A stretch of 64,000 bases of DNA from Octopus bimaculoides (Eukaryota): assembly GCF_001194135.2 (NCBI RefSeq), contig NC_069000.1, forward strand, positions 18,983,723 to 19,047,722, written 5' to 3'. The translations under genes were made by a program, and so were the position numbers. A model generated the notes under the pieces. It ran no database searches. It had not been told where the DNA came from and saw only the letters and a program-made list of their open reading frames with translations. Positions 10,000-23,967 of the stretch are shown in pieces (the first letter of the stretch is position 1; each line of letters begins with the position of its first letter).

Positions 10000-11089
10000 G
10001 AAAATTCGAGGTCAGAGATCCAACTTAGCAAGCTTTACTTTATTCTAAATGCACTATCATTGTTTTGTGTCTGTTTTTCTACATATGAATGATACTTGTA
10101 ACATGCAATTTGTTTAAACTATATATCTATGAACATGACAAAATCACTAGCTTATTAAATAATCATAAAGGAGTTCAGATATATCAATGCTAAGAAGTTA
10201 TCTTTTCAAATTATTTCTCTCAAATCTATAAAAAGCAAATTTTTCAGCAAAGTAGCAGTAATACAATTAAGAAATTAGCTATCACTAAGCCATTAAAGTA
10301 AAACAAAATTTAAAGTAGAAGATTAGCAACTCATTAGACTAATTGCACATGCATAGTTCAATAATACAAATATCAAAATGAGTATTTGATTACATACATT
10401 GGCCCTCAAAAAAAAAAAGAAAAAGAAAGAAAAACCAAATCAAGCCACTAATAATCTAATTGAATAGAAAGATTTGCTATAAATATCACTGATCTGTTAC
10501 AAACAATAATAAGAGTGTTGTCTTTAAAACAAGATGGGAAGGGGGGGAGTTATTTATGGAAACAATACTCGATTAAAATACCATCTGCTGTAAGATTATA
10601 GTAAAATTAATAAAATGCTCTGTTCTAATGCAAATTACAAAATGTTTCCTTAAATTCTATCTATTAAAACAGAAAGAAGTTTCAAATAAGATAAGTATAA
10701 ATTAAAAGGATTCTAAGATGTTATTAACAATTTAAAAATTATAAGAGTAGTATTTCATTTTCAGAGTGAATTTTTGAAGTTAACAAAAATCAATGATTGT
10801 AAAAAAAAAAAAATTAGTTTACAAATCAATTATGGAATTAGAATATTCATTCAGAAGCAAACAGTGGATGAACTAGGAGATTAGTAACAAGACAAAAAAA
10901 GAAGGAAATTAGCACTCTGAAAAATGGGACATAAAAGATATTGATAACGTATTGTTTCATCCATTTTCTTGTGGGCTGTATCTGCTTAGATCAACTTTCT
11001 AAATGAAAAGCTCAACTTATACCTACATATTTCAGAATTAAATGTAATTTCTATTATATTTGATAAACTTTATTATTTGCATAAAGCTA

Positions 11090-11330
11090 CAGACAATGAG
11101 CTGGCAGAACTTTCAGAGCATCAAAAAAAAAAAGCTCAGTTGTATTTGTTCTGGTTTTTACATTCTGAGTTCAAATCCTACCAAGATCAACTTTGCTTTT
11201 CTTCTCCAACCTCATCCCTGGTTAATAAAAAAAAAAAAAAAAGTCATAGCCAAGTGTACTGGACTTGATGGTATCAAATAATCTCTACCCATCAAAACTG
11301 CCAGCTTTGTGCCTAAATTACAAACCATTA
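11090..11330 (+). mobile_element. ATT-tailed tRNA-derived SINE
   Basis: gagctggcagaac head, ctgagttcaaatcc B-box, tttgtgcctaaat tail. Confidence 0.6.
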
Positions 11331-11534
11331 ATTGTATGCAGCTCCTATGCTTTTAGCATGTAGAAAACAAAAGCAAAGTCTCTTGACAAACCATTTCAGT
11401 GTACTGACCACTCCTCAGAGAATATGCACCCAGTTTCCTTCTATACCACACACACACACACACTATTTTATTGAATCAGAGATAAAACTTCACAAATTGT
11501 TACTCATTGTTTCATTAGATTAGCAGATTTACAC

Positions 11535-11900
11535 ACAAAGACCTGGATGTGACTTGCTCAGGTTGTTGGCCAGACTGGCATGTTTTTCGGCCTTGAACAT
11601 GTGTGCTTCTTCTATTCTGCTTTCAAACAGCACAGTGAGTTCAATAAAAATTAGTTACTTTGTTGAATTGGAATGGAGTATGATATCCAGCTTCAAGCCT
11701 GATGATTTCTGGTTGTTTTGTTGGTCCTGGAAGGTCTGCTGTGCACTCCCAGTCATCTACACCATCCAGAAAACTCCATTCCCATACCCCATATAGCATA
11801 GCTGTTCCTGGTCATGATCTGCAGCCTCCTGCCATGTAGAATGTTATTGGAAATGCTGGTTTTACCCTTGCCATACTTGAATTTCTTTTCAGCAGAAGTA
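11535..11900 (-). pseudogene. decayed RLE-type (HERO/NeSL/R4-like) non-LTR retrotransposon, endonuclease domain
   Basis: Frameshifted translation ITFYMAGG..LDGVDDWECTADL..LKLDIILHSNSTK*LIFIELTVLFESRIEEAHMFKAEKHASL matches the LRPDIVL..ELTVPWEE.IEEA..RK..KY motif of restriction-like endonucleases. Confidence 0.8.
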
Positions 11901-12601
11901 CTTTCCTGTATAATTAATAAAACAGTCATCATTTTTGATAACTTGTGTACACTAGTATACATACAGGCACACATTACTCATTTCACCAATTGTAGAAGAA
12001 TAATAGATAGGCACTGATATGATACGAACATACAAGTATGAGGTTCCAATCTTGCTAGGCAAAATCAATTTAAGACTCTGGCTATTCACACAACTACTGG
12101 TGGCATCAAAAACTGAGATTTTTATATAATCTTATTTCTTTGTATCAAACTTATGAGCAAACTTGCATGATCAATTGTTGATATTCAGGAGTTGTAAAGT
12201 ATAGATAATAGTGGCAGTGAGCATCATACCTTAATTAACACATGGTACATACAATAGGTACATCTAGATTATCTGTAACTATAAATTCAGTTCAATGTTA
12301 ATTTGGAGACAGGTCTGCATCAACATATGTTAATAATGTCCAAAATGTTTTAGGAGAAGGAAAAAAAAAAGCTACTACAAGTTAATTTTATGCTATAAGG
12401 AAGAAATATAAAAAAAATTTCCATGTTTTGAATTGTGATACACTGAGAAAAAGCAGGCATGAAAAAACAAACTAACTAGATAGTCCTGTTAAAGTAATGT
12501 GTTATGATGAAAATTGTTTGAGGTGATGTTACTTATATGGAGAAAGTGATTTTAGTTCCATGTATTGAGATAAGTAGCAATGCCTTTCATGAACTTGCTT
12601 C

Positions 12602-12960
12602 CTCTTTTTACTTGTTTCAGTCATTTGACTGCGGCCATGCTGGAGCACCGCCTTTAGTCGAGCAAATCGACCCCAGGACTTATTCTTTGTAAGCCTCGTA
12701 CTTATTCTATCGGTCTCTTTTGCCGATCCGCTAAGTTACGGGGGATGTAAACACACCAGCATCAGTTGTCAAGCGATGTNNNNNNNNNNTATATATACGA
12801 CAGGCTTCTTTCAGTTTCCGTCTACCAAATCCACTCACAAGGCTTTGGTTGGCCCGAGGCTATAGTAGAAGACACTTGCCCAAGGTGCCACGCAGTGGGA
12901 CTGAACCCATGACCATGTGGTTGGTAAGCAAACTACTTACCACTCAACCACTCCTGCGCC
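12602..12960 (-). mobile_element. young full-length CORE-type tRNA-derived SINE (contains a 10-N gap)
   Basis: Head ggcgcaggagtggttgagtggtaagtag, gcgtggcaccttgggcaagtgtcttctactatagcc core, tail atgactgaaacaagtaaaaagag; CpGs are retained. Confidence 0.85.
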
Positions 12961-14019
12961 TATATTTTTCTTCCTAATTTTTCTTCTTTACCTTCTTGTA
13001 ATTTTTTGTTGTTGCTGTTTTATTTTGTTCCTAAAAGCTTTTGAATATCTCTTCACTAATTGAAAGTAATAGGAATAGTTGTTTGATCAATTTATGACCA
13101 ATCCAACCCTTCTAAACATATCAGTAATTTTAAAAATAATTCTAGTTCACATGTTAGGAAAAATACTTCATTACCAGTATAGTTAAAAGTTACAAATATG
13201 ATATTTTCTAAGTATTGTCTCATTTTTCATCAGATATCATTAAGTTGTAAGAAAAATGTGAAAGAGACTGTAATGGTGATAATTAAATAAAAAGAAGTCA
13301 TGCAACTCCAAGGCACAGACTCCATCAAATATGTAGAAAAATAACCCTCCAGATACTAATTAGGTTATACACTTAATCTTTATTTAGCCTGATCCTTGTA
13401 AATATTCAAGAGAAGCCAGGCTAGCTCGTTAACATCAATAACACTCTACACTCCTTTGCTATTTTCTTTTCTCTGAAACAGACAGTCTTTACAATGACAA
13501 GGTCGTTTTTTTCCACCTAGTAGTCAGCCTTGCTTGGCTGCCTGCCTTATGTCTGATTATCATTCTGCATTAGACTGGACAGCCAGCCAGGTAGACTATT
13601 GATTTTCACCTGAAATATCACCTCTATGTGCATGACACATGGACACTGAGTACACTGACCTAGATAATGTACTCTTACCATGCTTAGCAAAACACTTATT
13701 ACCTAAACTGTAACATCAGATAAGAAAATACCTCAATTAATCAATTTATACATGTGTATGAATTTGAGTGCATGTATATGTATGCATGTGAACTCTCTCG
13801 CCTCTCACACACACACACACAATTCAAGCTATAAAGGTTTCAAATCATTTAAACAACTGAGAAGTCTTTCTTCAGAAAAAAAAACCATGTGGGNNNNNNN
13901 NNNNNNNNNNNNNNNNNNNNNNNNNNNNNNNNNNNNNNNNNNNNNNNNNNNNNNNNNNNNNNNNNNNNNNNNNNNNNNNNNNNNNNNNNGTGTGTGTGTG
14001 TGTGGGGGGGGGGTGATGA

Positions 14020-15620
14020 AAAACCAGGGCTGTTGCAAATATAAAAATGAACCCTAAGGCCATCAACAAATTTGCAAGAGAATCTTCCAGGAAGCAATAC
14101 AAAATCTGGCCACTATAGCTTATTGAAAGCAGATCCCAAAGGATATGTGACATACAAAATAAATAATCTCAAAGTGTTTTCACTGCCCCACTGAGAGATA
14201 TGCAAATAAATAAACCTGATGAATTCTTCAACACTGCACAGGAAAGAGGCAACTCTTATTTACATAAGGCTCTCACAAAATTATGGCAGATGCTTTACCA
14301 GAGATTCCTTGCCTATGACAAACTTCTAAGACAATTAAATGAAGGTATAATATGCCCTAACCACACAGGAAGAAGGAGAGCAGAAGCAAAATATTACAAG
14401 CTCATCTCTCTGACCTCACACAGCTAAGTCATGGAATGCATTGTTAGAAGGAAAGTGATCATGTTCTGAGAAGAATATGGCTTGCTCCCTAACATACAGT
14501 ACAGATTCCATCCATGAAGGAGCAGCTTTACATAACTACTACAGCATTATGATTGAGTAATGAAACAGCCATTGAGACATTTAACTGTGGTTGTGATATA
14601 TCCTGACTTTGCAGAGGCTTCTGACAAGTTGATCATGGAATGTTATGTCACAATTTGCATGACCTCATAGTTGGAAAACTAGGAGAGTAACTGCATTTTA
14701 AAAAGGTATGAGTGAGGCAGGTGCAGCCAATAATGCTCTGAGAAGAGACATAAATTCTAAACAGAGTCCCCCAGAATACTGGGACCACTACTATTTGCAG
14801 TGACTCAGACATGTCCTTAGTTATCCAGTCAACCACTCACATGAACTATGCTGAATCAAAAAACATATTGTAGGCAGCCAAAAATTCTGAAGGTAATGCA
14901 AAAGTATAGAAAGACCCAAATGTGAGCTGAAGAAAAAAATCAGTAAGTTTAATTCTTAAAAATTTTGAAGTACTCTGACATCAGCCCACAGACAGACTGC
15001 AATCAGAATACACAGAAAAAGGGGCATTGCAATCCCTGAGTCACAATTAATGCATGATCTAGGAATCAATATGACTAATGATGCATCATTCCATGTCCAT
15101 ATTACTAAGAGGGTAACAGTTAGTAAACAACAGGCTGGTTGGATTCTCAAAAAAGGGAAAATGGAAATCATTGTTAGTCCTGTGGAGAACATTTTGTTCT
15201 CAGTCACCTAAACTACTGCTCTCAAATATGGTCACCATACATATATACAGACATACATAAATACTCACACACACACACACAAAACTAAATGGAAGAGATA
15301 TGCAAACAGCTGGCCACCAGAGATCAGGCAACTTCAGAATTTGTGAGAACTGCCTTCTAGGTAGTAACTAACAGGCAATATCGATAGTATATGATGTCAA
15401 GATAGAATAAAACACCAGAAATGAGCCTATATAGAAGAATCTTATATCTACTTGTGGACAGAGAGATTTCCAACAAGGAGTAACTATTGAGAAGTTAGTG
15501 AATATGGAGGATGCCAAGTCTCATCCTCAAACCAGGAAGGTTAGAAAAAGAAATTTAATTCAACTCATCAATCTGGAAGTTTCTACCACGATAGCTAGTT
15601 TTCCAACAGTAATTAAAAAA
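14020..15620 (+). pseudogene. decayed CR1/L2-group LINE reverse-transcriptase region
   Basis: Broken translation LLPNIQYRFHP*RSSFT*LLQHYD..DFAEASDK.DHGMLCHNLHDL..GKLGE matches QHGFR..RSC.TQLL..YD..D.AKAFDKVDH. Confidence 0.75.
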
Positions 15621-15799
15621 ATATTTCCTAAGAACCAATAGATATCATAAAATCTTTAATTCCCATAATGTCAAGGTTACCTACTCATGCTAATGTAATA
15701 TTGCTTCTAACATTGTGCACTACACAAGATGGAAGCACATATTGAGACAGTCTTCACCCAAAATTTCAACTGGTAAGTGTCAAAATTTTACTGACTGTC

Positions 15800-16127
15800 C
15801 ATTGTAAGGATCCTGTTTCTGAAAAGCTATGATCTACAGCAGGAAGATACATGCACTCCTTCATGTGAAGGGACAGGGGAAACTCCATATCCTTGTCTTG
15901 TTTCATCTGGAGACTTCAGGACCATCAAAATTACTTCCCCAATGTGGAACATCCTTGACAGACACTCTCCTTACATACCTAAAGCTCATAATTGTCAACT
16001 CTGCCTCCATGAAAAACTGCACATACTCCACCAGCCTACAATATCCTTAAATGGAAAAAAGTTACCTATAGAATTGTTGTCACTAGAAATATGCTTTGTC
16101 AATGACCTTCAAGCTTTCAAGAACTGA
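15800..16127 (+). pseudogene. Penelope-like element GIY-YIG endonuclease remnant
   Basis: ORF 15942-16127 WNILDRHSPYIPKAHNCQLCLHEKLHIL matches the W.IL....PY.....C.LCL.EK..I motif. Confidence 0.6.
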
Positions 16128-16639
16128 TAATCTGGATGTATCATGTGACCCACATGTGACACTATACAATTTCTGGTGCTTATAGACAATATAGCTGCAC
16201 CATGTTGGTCATGCAATTTCATTTGTAACACAGTACCATCAAATTGGTCACCTCCCACCTGGTAACTTCTGCCACTAAAATACCACACTTTATAGAATGA
16301 TGACTGAATGACACCAACATTTTGCCTACTCTACTATGTGCAGTGTCCAATGTAAAGAATTGATGCCACTGAATACTTATATTCCTGCAGAATGTTGACA
16401 AATTGACACTAACATCTTGTCTGCACCATGTGAACTTAACAATAACTGAGACCATAAACAATCATGTGATCTGAACAATGGAGACTTAAATAATTAAAAG
16501 TAATCTTAAATTTGTCAAACTTTCCCCACTCTTTCCTGAACATCTGATGTAATCAATGTGTCTTATGCTCACAAAACCATAAGTAATGTGGAGCTGAGTA
16601 TTATTTTCTTCTGTTAGTTCAACCACTCGTGTCCAGATA

Positions 16640-16980
16640 TGTGTGTGTGTGTGTATTTGTATATAGTGTGTGTTTGTGTGTGCATGCCTGCACCTGCACA
16701 TTTGCTTGTACCCTTGTCTTGACAGCATGTGACAATTGTAAACAAGCATCACTCATATAAGTGATGTTGTTTGTTTCCAGTCTTCCATAAGAGCCTGTAT
16801 CTGGCAATGGGGAAATATTACCTTGCTTAGAAACAGGTGAGGGCTGCAACAGGGAGAACATTTGGCTGTAGAAACTTAGCCACAACAAATTCCATCTGAC
16901 CATGAAAGCATTAAATGTGGAAATTGAACAGTGATGATGATGATGATGATGATGATGATGGTGTGTGTGTGTGTGTGTGT
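16640..16980 (+). mobile_element. SINE 3' half with (GAT)n and (GT)n tail
   Basis: ggggaaatattaccttgcttagaaacaggtgaggg block, repeated at 17960, 19440 and 53660. Confidence 0.65.
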
Positions 16981-17149
16981 ATTTAGGTAAGACTTCAAAG
17001 TTGTTTGAGCAAAGACTAAAGCATTAGTAAGTAGAAAAATAGGCAGTATTTTGATTTCAAGGGTATGACCTAGGCAATGACCTAGGTATACAGAAAAATG
17101 TAGGTAGGACCTCTATACAGCATGCCCAATGTAAACCATAAATGTACAA

Positions 17150-17521
17150 GAGTTGTAGTGGAATTAAAGATGGTTATGCAGGGGCAATAAACACCAAAGT
17201 GCATGTGAGAAGTATGATTACCTCACATGATGGGAAGACCAAGTAGCTATTAACTCACTTGTCAACAAAATGTTTCTCCTTCAAAGTAAAATGCAGATTT
17301 TATAATGCTTGGGTATGAACTGCAATACTGCATAACAGTAAGATATTGGCCTTGAATGTAGAGGACTTGCAAAGACTAGAAAGAAATGAAACAAGAATGA
17401 TCTGTTGGACATGTTATGCCACCATGCATGAATGAAGTACAGAGAAAATCTAGGCCTAAAAAAAATCAGATGTAGTGTTCAAGAGATAAGACGAGCATGT
17501 GAAGTATTTAGAAAATGAAAG

Positions 17522-17591
<70 letters not shown>

Positions 17592-17630
17592 ACATGCAAG
17601 GTGTTTGAAGTAGATGGAACCTATGCATGG
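17150..17630 (+). pseudogene. decayed RTE-clade LINE fragment interrupted by (TA)n (17523-17588)
   Basis: Translation resembles KMFLLQSK.RFYNAWV*TAILHNSKILALNVEDLQRLERNETRMICW. Confidence 0.7.
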
Positions 17631-17639
17631 TGAAAGCTA

Positions 17640-18080
17640 TGTTGGAAATGATGGTAGTGGTCAACCTTGAGAGTAAATTATTTGGTAGATGGAAAGTAAA
17701 AGAAGCCTATCGTACAAAACTTTATGTCTGTGTGCGTTTGTTTTTGCATAAGATTATATTTCTCTTGCTTACACATGTGATCATTTGTTGATTGTAAACA
17801 ATGGCTTTGCTAACATTGTGGTTTGCTTGTAGTTCACCATGAAAGCACATCTAAGCTTTATGACAGGTCTTGACATGCTGCACAATCTTTGTAAACAAAA
17901 GGGCTTGTTCATACAATGTTATGTAAACATGTCTGAGATGTTTGTTGCCCGATAGACTGGGAGATTATTATCTCACTTGGAAACAAGTGGGGATTGGCAA
18001 CAGGAAAGACATCTGGCCATAGAAAACGTATTGTCATCTGATCCATACAAACATGAAAATAGAGATGATGATGATGAAGA
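17640..18080 (+). mobile_element. degenerate CORE-type SINE with (GAT)n tail
   Basis: atttggtagatggaaagtaaaagaagcc and acaggaaagacatctggccatagaaaa blocks. Confidence 0.55.
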
Positions 18081-18249
18081 TAAAGTACTTGTGTATATGC
18101 ATGCTCATATTTGGGGACCCTCATTTAATATGTTCCTGTAAATTCTAGATTTGCCTCCCCGTCTCATTTTCCTGTTGTTCATCCCTCTTCACTCACTCCT
18201 GTATCTGCATAATATGAAACTAATTAATGAAAGCAGAACCTGCTTCTAC

Positions 18250-18520
18250 ATAACATTACCCTTTCATTACTATCAGCCATCACTTCCTCTCCTCCGAGCC
18301 ATTCTTATTGTTGGCTATCTTTCACATTTGCCATCAACCAACCCAAACCATATTTACCATTGACCACTTCTAAGCCCCTATTTACTATCAGCCACCTTTA
18401 TCTCTTTTTACCATCAACTACCTTCACTCCCATTTACTTCAGACCACCTCCACTCCTATTTAGCTAAGACCACCTCTACTCATATTTCTAACCATCACCC
18501 ACATTCTTGCAACTTTCACC
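18250..18520. repeat. degenerate pyrimidine-rich minisatellite (about 27-bp unit, cctatttactatcagccacct-like)
   Basis: Repeated ctatttactatcagccac / ccatttacttcagaccacc / ctatttagctaagaccacc. Confidence 0.45.
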
Positions 18521-18779
18521 CACCTTTCTAGATACTTCTGTTACTACACTCTCTTCTATCTAATTTCTTGGACATGTTATCTTTATGAGGGACAGCAATG
18601 ATCTCCTCTTATTCAACTGAATCTATCATCCTTGTAACTCTCTAAAACCTGACACTCAACATTGTTACCTTTGTCACTCCACTACTACCCTCTCACAACA
18701 ATAAATCTTTTCCTCTCATCATACTTTTAACCTCATTCCATACCGACAAAAATCATCATGCTCTCTCTCCCATTCTGCT

Positions 18780-19945
18780 TCTCAGTTGCAAGGGCTCACA
18801 AGTCTAAAGTATTGTAAGTTACAAGGTGACCTCATTAGTGTTGGTGCAGCTAGGTACTGTAAAATGGTTGGCAAACCTAGAAGAGACAATGCACAATTGA
18901 GAAAAACTCTTTAGTCTTGCCAAAGGTATGACAACCTCTCTAGTGCTAGTGCCATAAAAGAAAATGCAGCCAGCACAGTTTGTAAAATGGATGATATTGG
19001 GAAGGATATACAACTACAGAAACCATGGCAAAACTGCGACACCTAAGCAAGAAGTGTACTACTGACCTATCTAGGAGGGTTGTAATTCTAATAAGAACTG
19101 ACTTGGATCTAGTCAAATCAGCTAACCCATACCAGTATAGAAAATGGATGTAAAATAATGATTATATATATCTATATATATATATAAATAAATATACACA
19201 CACATACATAGAGTTATGGCTGTAAATGCAGGTGGAACTGTGTGGTTGAGAAGACTACTTCTCAACTATGTGGTTTTGCAAATGTTTTCTATCTGAGACC
19301 TGAGCTAACCAAAATCTTGTGAGTAGATATAGTAGATGGAAACTGAAAGAAATTCATCGCACGTGTGTGTTGTCTTGACATCACATGACAACTCTACACA
19401 GGTACCACTGTCATACAAGTGATGTTATTTGTTTCCAGTTATCCATGGGAAATTATTAACTTGATTGCAAACAGGTGAGAGTTGGTGACAGGAAGGGCAT
19501 CTGGTTGTAGAAAAAATCTGCCTCAACAATTTCTGTAACCTATGTAAGCATGGGCCACAGAGATGATGATGATCACAAACACGATCACACATGCTTTACT
19601 TAGCTGTCATCTGCAAGCTAGTATGACTTGGTTGATTGTATCAGACTTCTGGTAATTTCTTCTGGTGTTTATGTAGTTACAAGCAGACACAGAACTCCCT
19701 CTTTCCCTCCTTCCCTTGTCCCAGTGGAACACTGAAGGTGTGACAGCTAATGGGGAAAAGGGTTGCACCAACACTTGATTGGCTAGTTTGTTGGTTGGTT
19801 GGATGGTACTCATTTTCAACTAAGTAGACTGGAGCAATATGAAATGATGTGCCTTGCCCAAGGATACAATTCAGTACCCAGTCAAAGGATTGAACCCACA
19901 ATCTTATGATCATGAATCCAAAACCCTAACCACTAAGCCATATTG
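18780..19945. mobile_element. cluster of an RTE-like tail (+), a CORE-type SINE (+, 19210-19570) and a CORE-type SINE (-, 19690-19945)
   Basis: Family blocks shared with other copies in the window. Confidence 0.55.
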
Positions 19946-20776
19946 TTAATCTGACCAATACTTTGGAGTACTTTTAATTCTTGAATTATGTTATACCATT
20001 GGATTACCTCTTGGACAACATTGATTCTTCATGAGTATGTGCAAGTATGCATGTGAGATATAGCAATTCCATTTTTGTAAATATTATATTCACTAAATTT
20101 ACATATTTCGCATTCCAACAAATTCTTTTAATCAATTATGAAACTCATCATAGTCGTTATGTGAAACAGCTTTTTTTCTGAAAGTTATTGAAACATTGAT
20201 ATCTTTTAAAAATATACTGCTTAAATTCTTATTATCATGAAGATAATTGCTTTTTCTTTTTTTTTTCTGGGTAAAGGTTACAACCTTCACAAATAAAACT
20301 GATATTCTTCAAAGAAAATCTGTCTGCAGAGAATTTAAACCTAGAGTAATATTAAACAAAGCTATATACTCTATATCAGTGGTTGTTAAACTGTGCATTG
20401 GATGGGTTAAGTTGACATGTAACTGTTGAGTCACTGCTGAATGAAATTTAGTTCAATGTTCAGTTACTTAGTCATCACAATATGGTATGGATAAAATTGA
20501 AGTTCTTAATAGCTTTTACTTTATGTTTTCATCCCAGCTAAGTAGTGAGTTAGTAAAATTAAAAATGGTAGCCTGAACTCAATGACATAAAATGATATCA
20601 TGACTGTTGCTCAGTAATAGGAAAGAGGCAACTTGAAGAGTTAAAGATTTAATATATACTGAGATAATTAGATCATGCAATAGCATAATTGGTTTATGGG
20701 TCATAACTAAGAAATTCATCAATTCATATATATATATATATATATATAACAGTTGCTACATCCTCTGGAAAATTAT

Positions 20777-20820
<44 letters not shown>

Positions 20821-20852
20821 ATGACACACATAAACATATATATACACGCACA

Positions 20853-21090
20853 CCATCATCATCATCATCACTTAATGTCCGCTCTCCATACTGGCATGGA
20901 TTGGATGGTTTGACAGGAACCTGCACCAGACCTCTGTGTCTGTTTTGGCAGGGATTTTACGGCTGGATGCCTTCCTAACACCGACCACCTAGCAGAGTGG
21001 ACTGAGTGCTTTTTTATGTGGCACAAGCATAGGTGAGGTCAGTTTTGGCAAGGTTTTTACAGCTGGATGTCATTCGAAATGCCAGCACAC
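20853..21090 (-). mobile_element. RTE-like 3' tail / SINE tail fragment
   Basis: catcatcatcacttaatgtccgctctccatactggcatggattgg and ttttacggctggatgccttcctaacacc. Confidence 0.65.
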
Positions 21091-21689
21091 ATACATACAT
21101 GCATATATGATACAAAACTGTCTTGGACTTATTCAAAAATATAAAATTATCTATGTGTGTACTGTTCTACAGCTGTTGTCTTTGGCTGAGAAATATTATT
21201 TTCAGTTCAACTAAAAAAAATAATTGTAAATGTTGCTATATGAGACAGTAATTAGTAACGGAAAGGCTAAACCAGCTACAAAATTTTTCTCCTAAATCAT
21301 CAACAACAACTGATGGTTAAAGAATACTTGTTTAGTCAATTCCACAATTTAAACTTTTGATGCCTGTTACAAAAAAAATTATGTAACAAAAATATCATTT
21401 AATGAACTAAATGAATAATATTGTGCATGTGCACACACACACAAAACATTATAAACATACTTCTAAGCCAAGATGCTGTACCCCCAAAAGTAGGCTCCAC
21501 CTCACTACTACTAATATTTAATCAAATTATATTAATGGGCTCATATACCTCCTGGGGTGTGGTGCTGCAACAGCCAGAGCACCTACCTTAAGATAGCACT
21601 AGTCATAATATATAATGTTTCTTGGGGATCTAAATCTGAAAAAGCCCATCCCTCTCCACAAACCTTCAGATTAAACCACAATCAATTTC

Positions 21690-21692
<3 letters not shown>

Positions 21693-21748
<56 letters not shown>
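21693..21748. repeat. (GA)n microsatellite
   Basis: Seen directly. Confidence 0.95.
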
Positions 21749-21751
<3 letters not shown>

Positions 21752-22999
21752 AGAGAGAGCGATAATATTGATCCCAAAGGGTCAGAATGAATGCTACAAG
21801 GTACCTGAGTGTTTGTGTGTGTGTGGAGGAGGTGTTAGTTGAATTAGTACAGCTGTTAGAGAATTGGATAGAATGCCTTGTAGTATTTGTTCTGTTTCTT
21901 TGCACTGAGTGCAAATCCCATCAAGTTTAACTTCACCTTTCATCTTTTGAGTTAATAAAAAAAAAAAAAAGCAATCCAGAGTAATGGATTAGTAGAACTG
22001 TAAGAACATCAGGCTGGGTTGCTCGTATTTATTCCAGAACTACAATTCGAATTGAAATCCCACATTTCGGTGGTAGACTCAATACCACTTGAGCTTTGAG
22101 TCCCTCTAGAAGTTCACCCCATTGCAAGCATTCAGGTTATATCTCTCGTTTGATGACGCCTTTCTTCTTCTCTCTTATCAAAGACCTTGTAAAGGGTCAT
22201 GGGCACTGCCTTTCCTCCTCACTAAAAGACGATTAAACATGTACACACACACACACACTGACAAAGAGAGAGAGAGAGAGAGAGAGAGAGTATTGTGCTG
22301 GCAGATACAACACCATGGACAGAACAGAGATCAATGAAATAGTGTGTTTGTGTGCATATGTACCAGCACATACATGTGTGCACATGCACCAGCATATGTG
22401 TGCATGACAAACTGACAGGGCCAGTCATTATTATTACAATAGATTATAATAAAGTGCATAGCTTAAGATTTTATACCATTAAAATAGAGTAATTGATTTA
22501 TAAAATTTCATATAAAAGCTACTTTTAAATAATTTTAAAAGAAAATCAAAAGCCAAAGTAATTATAGAATATATATTTTTAACAAGTTTGGTGATTATTC
22601 ACTCATTAGTACATTATATCTTACAATAGTTTTAAGAACATTTCCTTTTAAAAAAACAAAAAAAATCCTATCATGTAACTTTCTTCTTTCCTTTTTCTTT
22701 TAAGGATATATGGGGGGAGTAATATATTTGAATGAAAGAAAACCTGACAGATCAGTGACTGACTAACTTGTACACAAAACAGCAACCAAGAGAAAATGTT
22801 AAATTGCCTAATTATCTCCCTTTATTGTGTGTTAGTTTCTCCGTATTTAATCAAGAATAAGCTTTTACCAAGCAAGAAATACTTAAAAACATATGGGACT
22901 AGTATAAAACATCTAAGTAAATCCCTACTACTTCTAAATTTAAACATAAAGAATATGCTCTAATAACAATTGCATACTTTTCTCTAAACATTTTTTTTT

Positions 23000-23310
23000 A
23001 CTTGTTTCAGACACTGGCCTATGGCCATGCTGGGGCACCACCTTGAAGGGTTTAGTCAAGTGAATCGACTTCAATACTTTTTTTAAAAGCCTGATACTAA
23101 TTCTATCAGTTTCTTCTGCTGAATTGCTAAGTTACAAGGACATAAACAAACTAATACCAGTTGCCAAACAGGGAGTGGGGAACATAAGTATAAACATTAA
23201 GAGACACGTTCTTTCAGTTTCCCGCAGGATCTTGACCTACCTGCCCAAAGTGCTATGTGGCTGGGAAGCAAACTTCTTACCACATAGCTACGACTGCACC
23301 TATCCTAGAT
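23000..23310 (-). mobile_element. CORE-type SINE
   Basis: acttgtttcagacactggcctatggccatgctggggcaccaccttgaaggg tail and gggaagcaaacttcttaccacatagc head. Confidence 0.65.
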
Positions 23311-23436
23311 CTTTTCACTACTTTCACTATATACTTAGTTGATAACTCCACCATCATAACTCTCTCTTATAGTGACTTATAGTCACAACCACCCCTTTTG
23401 ACCAGGGTAAATCTAAATAACTCTAATCTCAATTAG

Positions 23437-23468
<32 letters not shown>

Positions 23469-23880
23469 AGACAAAAAAAACCTGTATAATGCAGGTGTCA
23501 AATGTATAATGCTGCTTAGAAGTAAAACAGATTCAGTAAAAAGAATTGCAACCATTAGAAAGAAATAAACTTATTCAATGTACCAAGTTCTATTTGAAGT
23601 GCAGTTGAGTAGTAAAAAGATGAGGAAAAACAACTGATATTAGAAATTATAGCAAGTTAAAAAACTTCAATCCACCGAGATTATCTAAGCTTTTAGTAGA
23701 CTAAACTCCCAAAGGAGATGATGCAAGAAGACCAGTGGATCAAAGATTTTTGACAGTACAGAAATTGAATATTGGAGTACATCTGGTCTTCAAAGTCAAA
23801 TGTCAGCTGTATCAGACCTCCTCAGCAAAACATATTCTACAAAGTTGGCTAAATCGAATCATGTGTGTATGTACATGTTA

Positions 23881-23883
<3 letters not shown>

Positions 23884-23958
<75 letters not shown>
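23884..23958. repeat. (TG)n microsatellite
   Basis: Seen directly. Confidence 0.95.

Positions 23959-23967
<9 letters not shown>

Noticed and set aside
13520-13600. Imperfect fold-back as a novel miRNA
   Set aside because: Needs a large asymmetric bulge; not a canonical precursor shape.
17065-17090. TGACCTaggcaaTGACCT direct repeat as a hormone response element
   Set aside because: Lies among decayed retroelement fragments and looks like a 12-bp local duplication.
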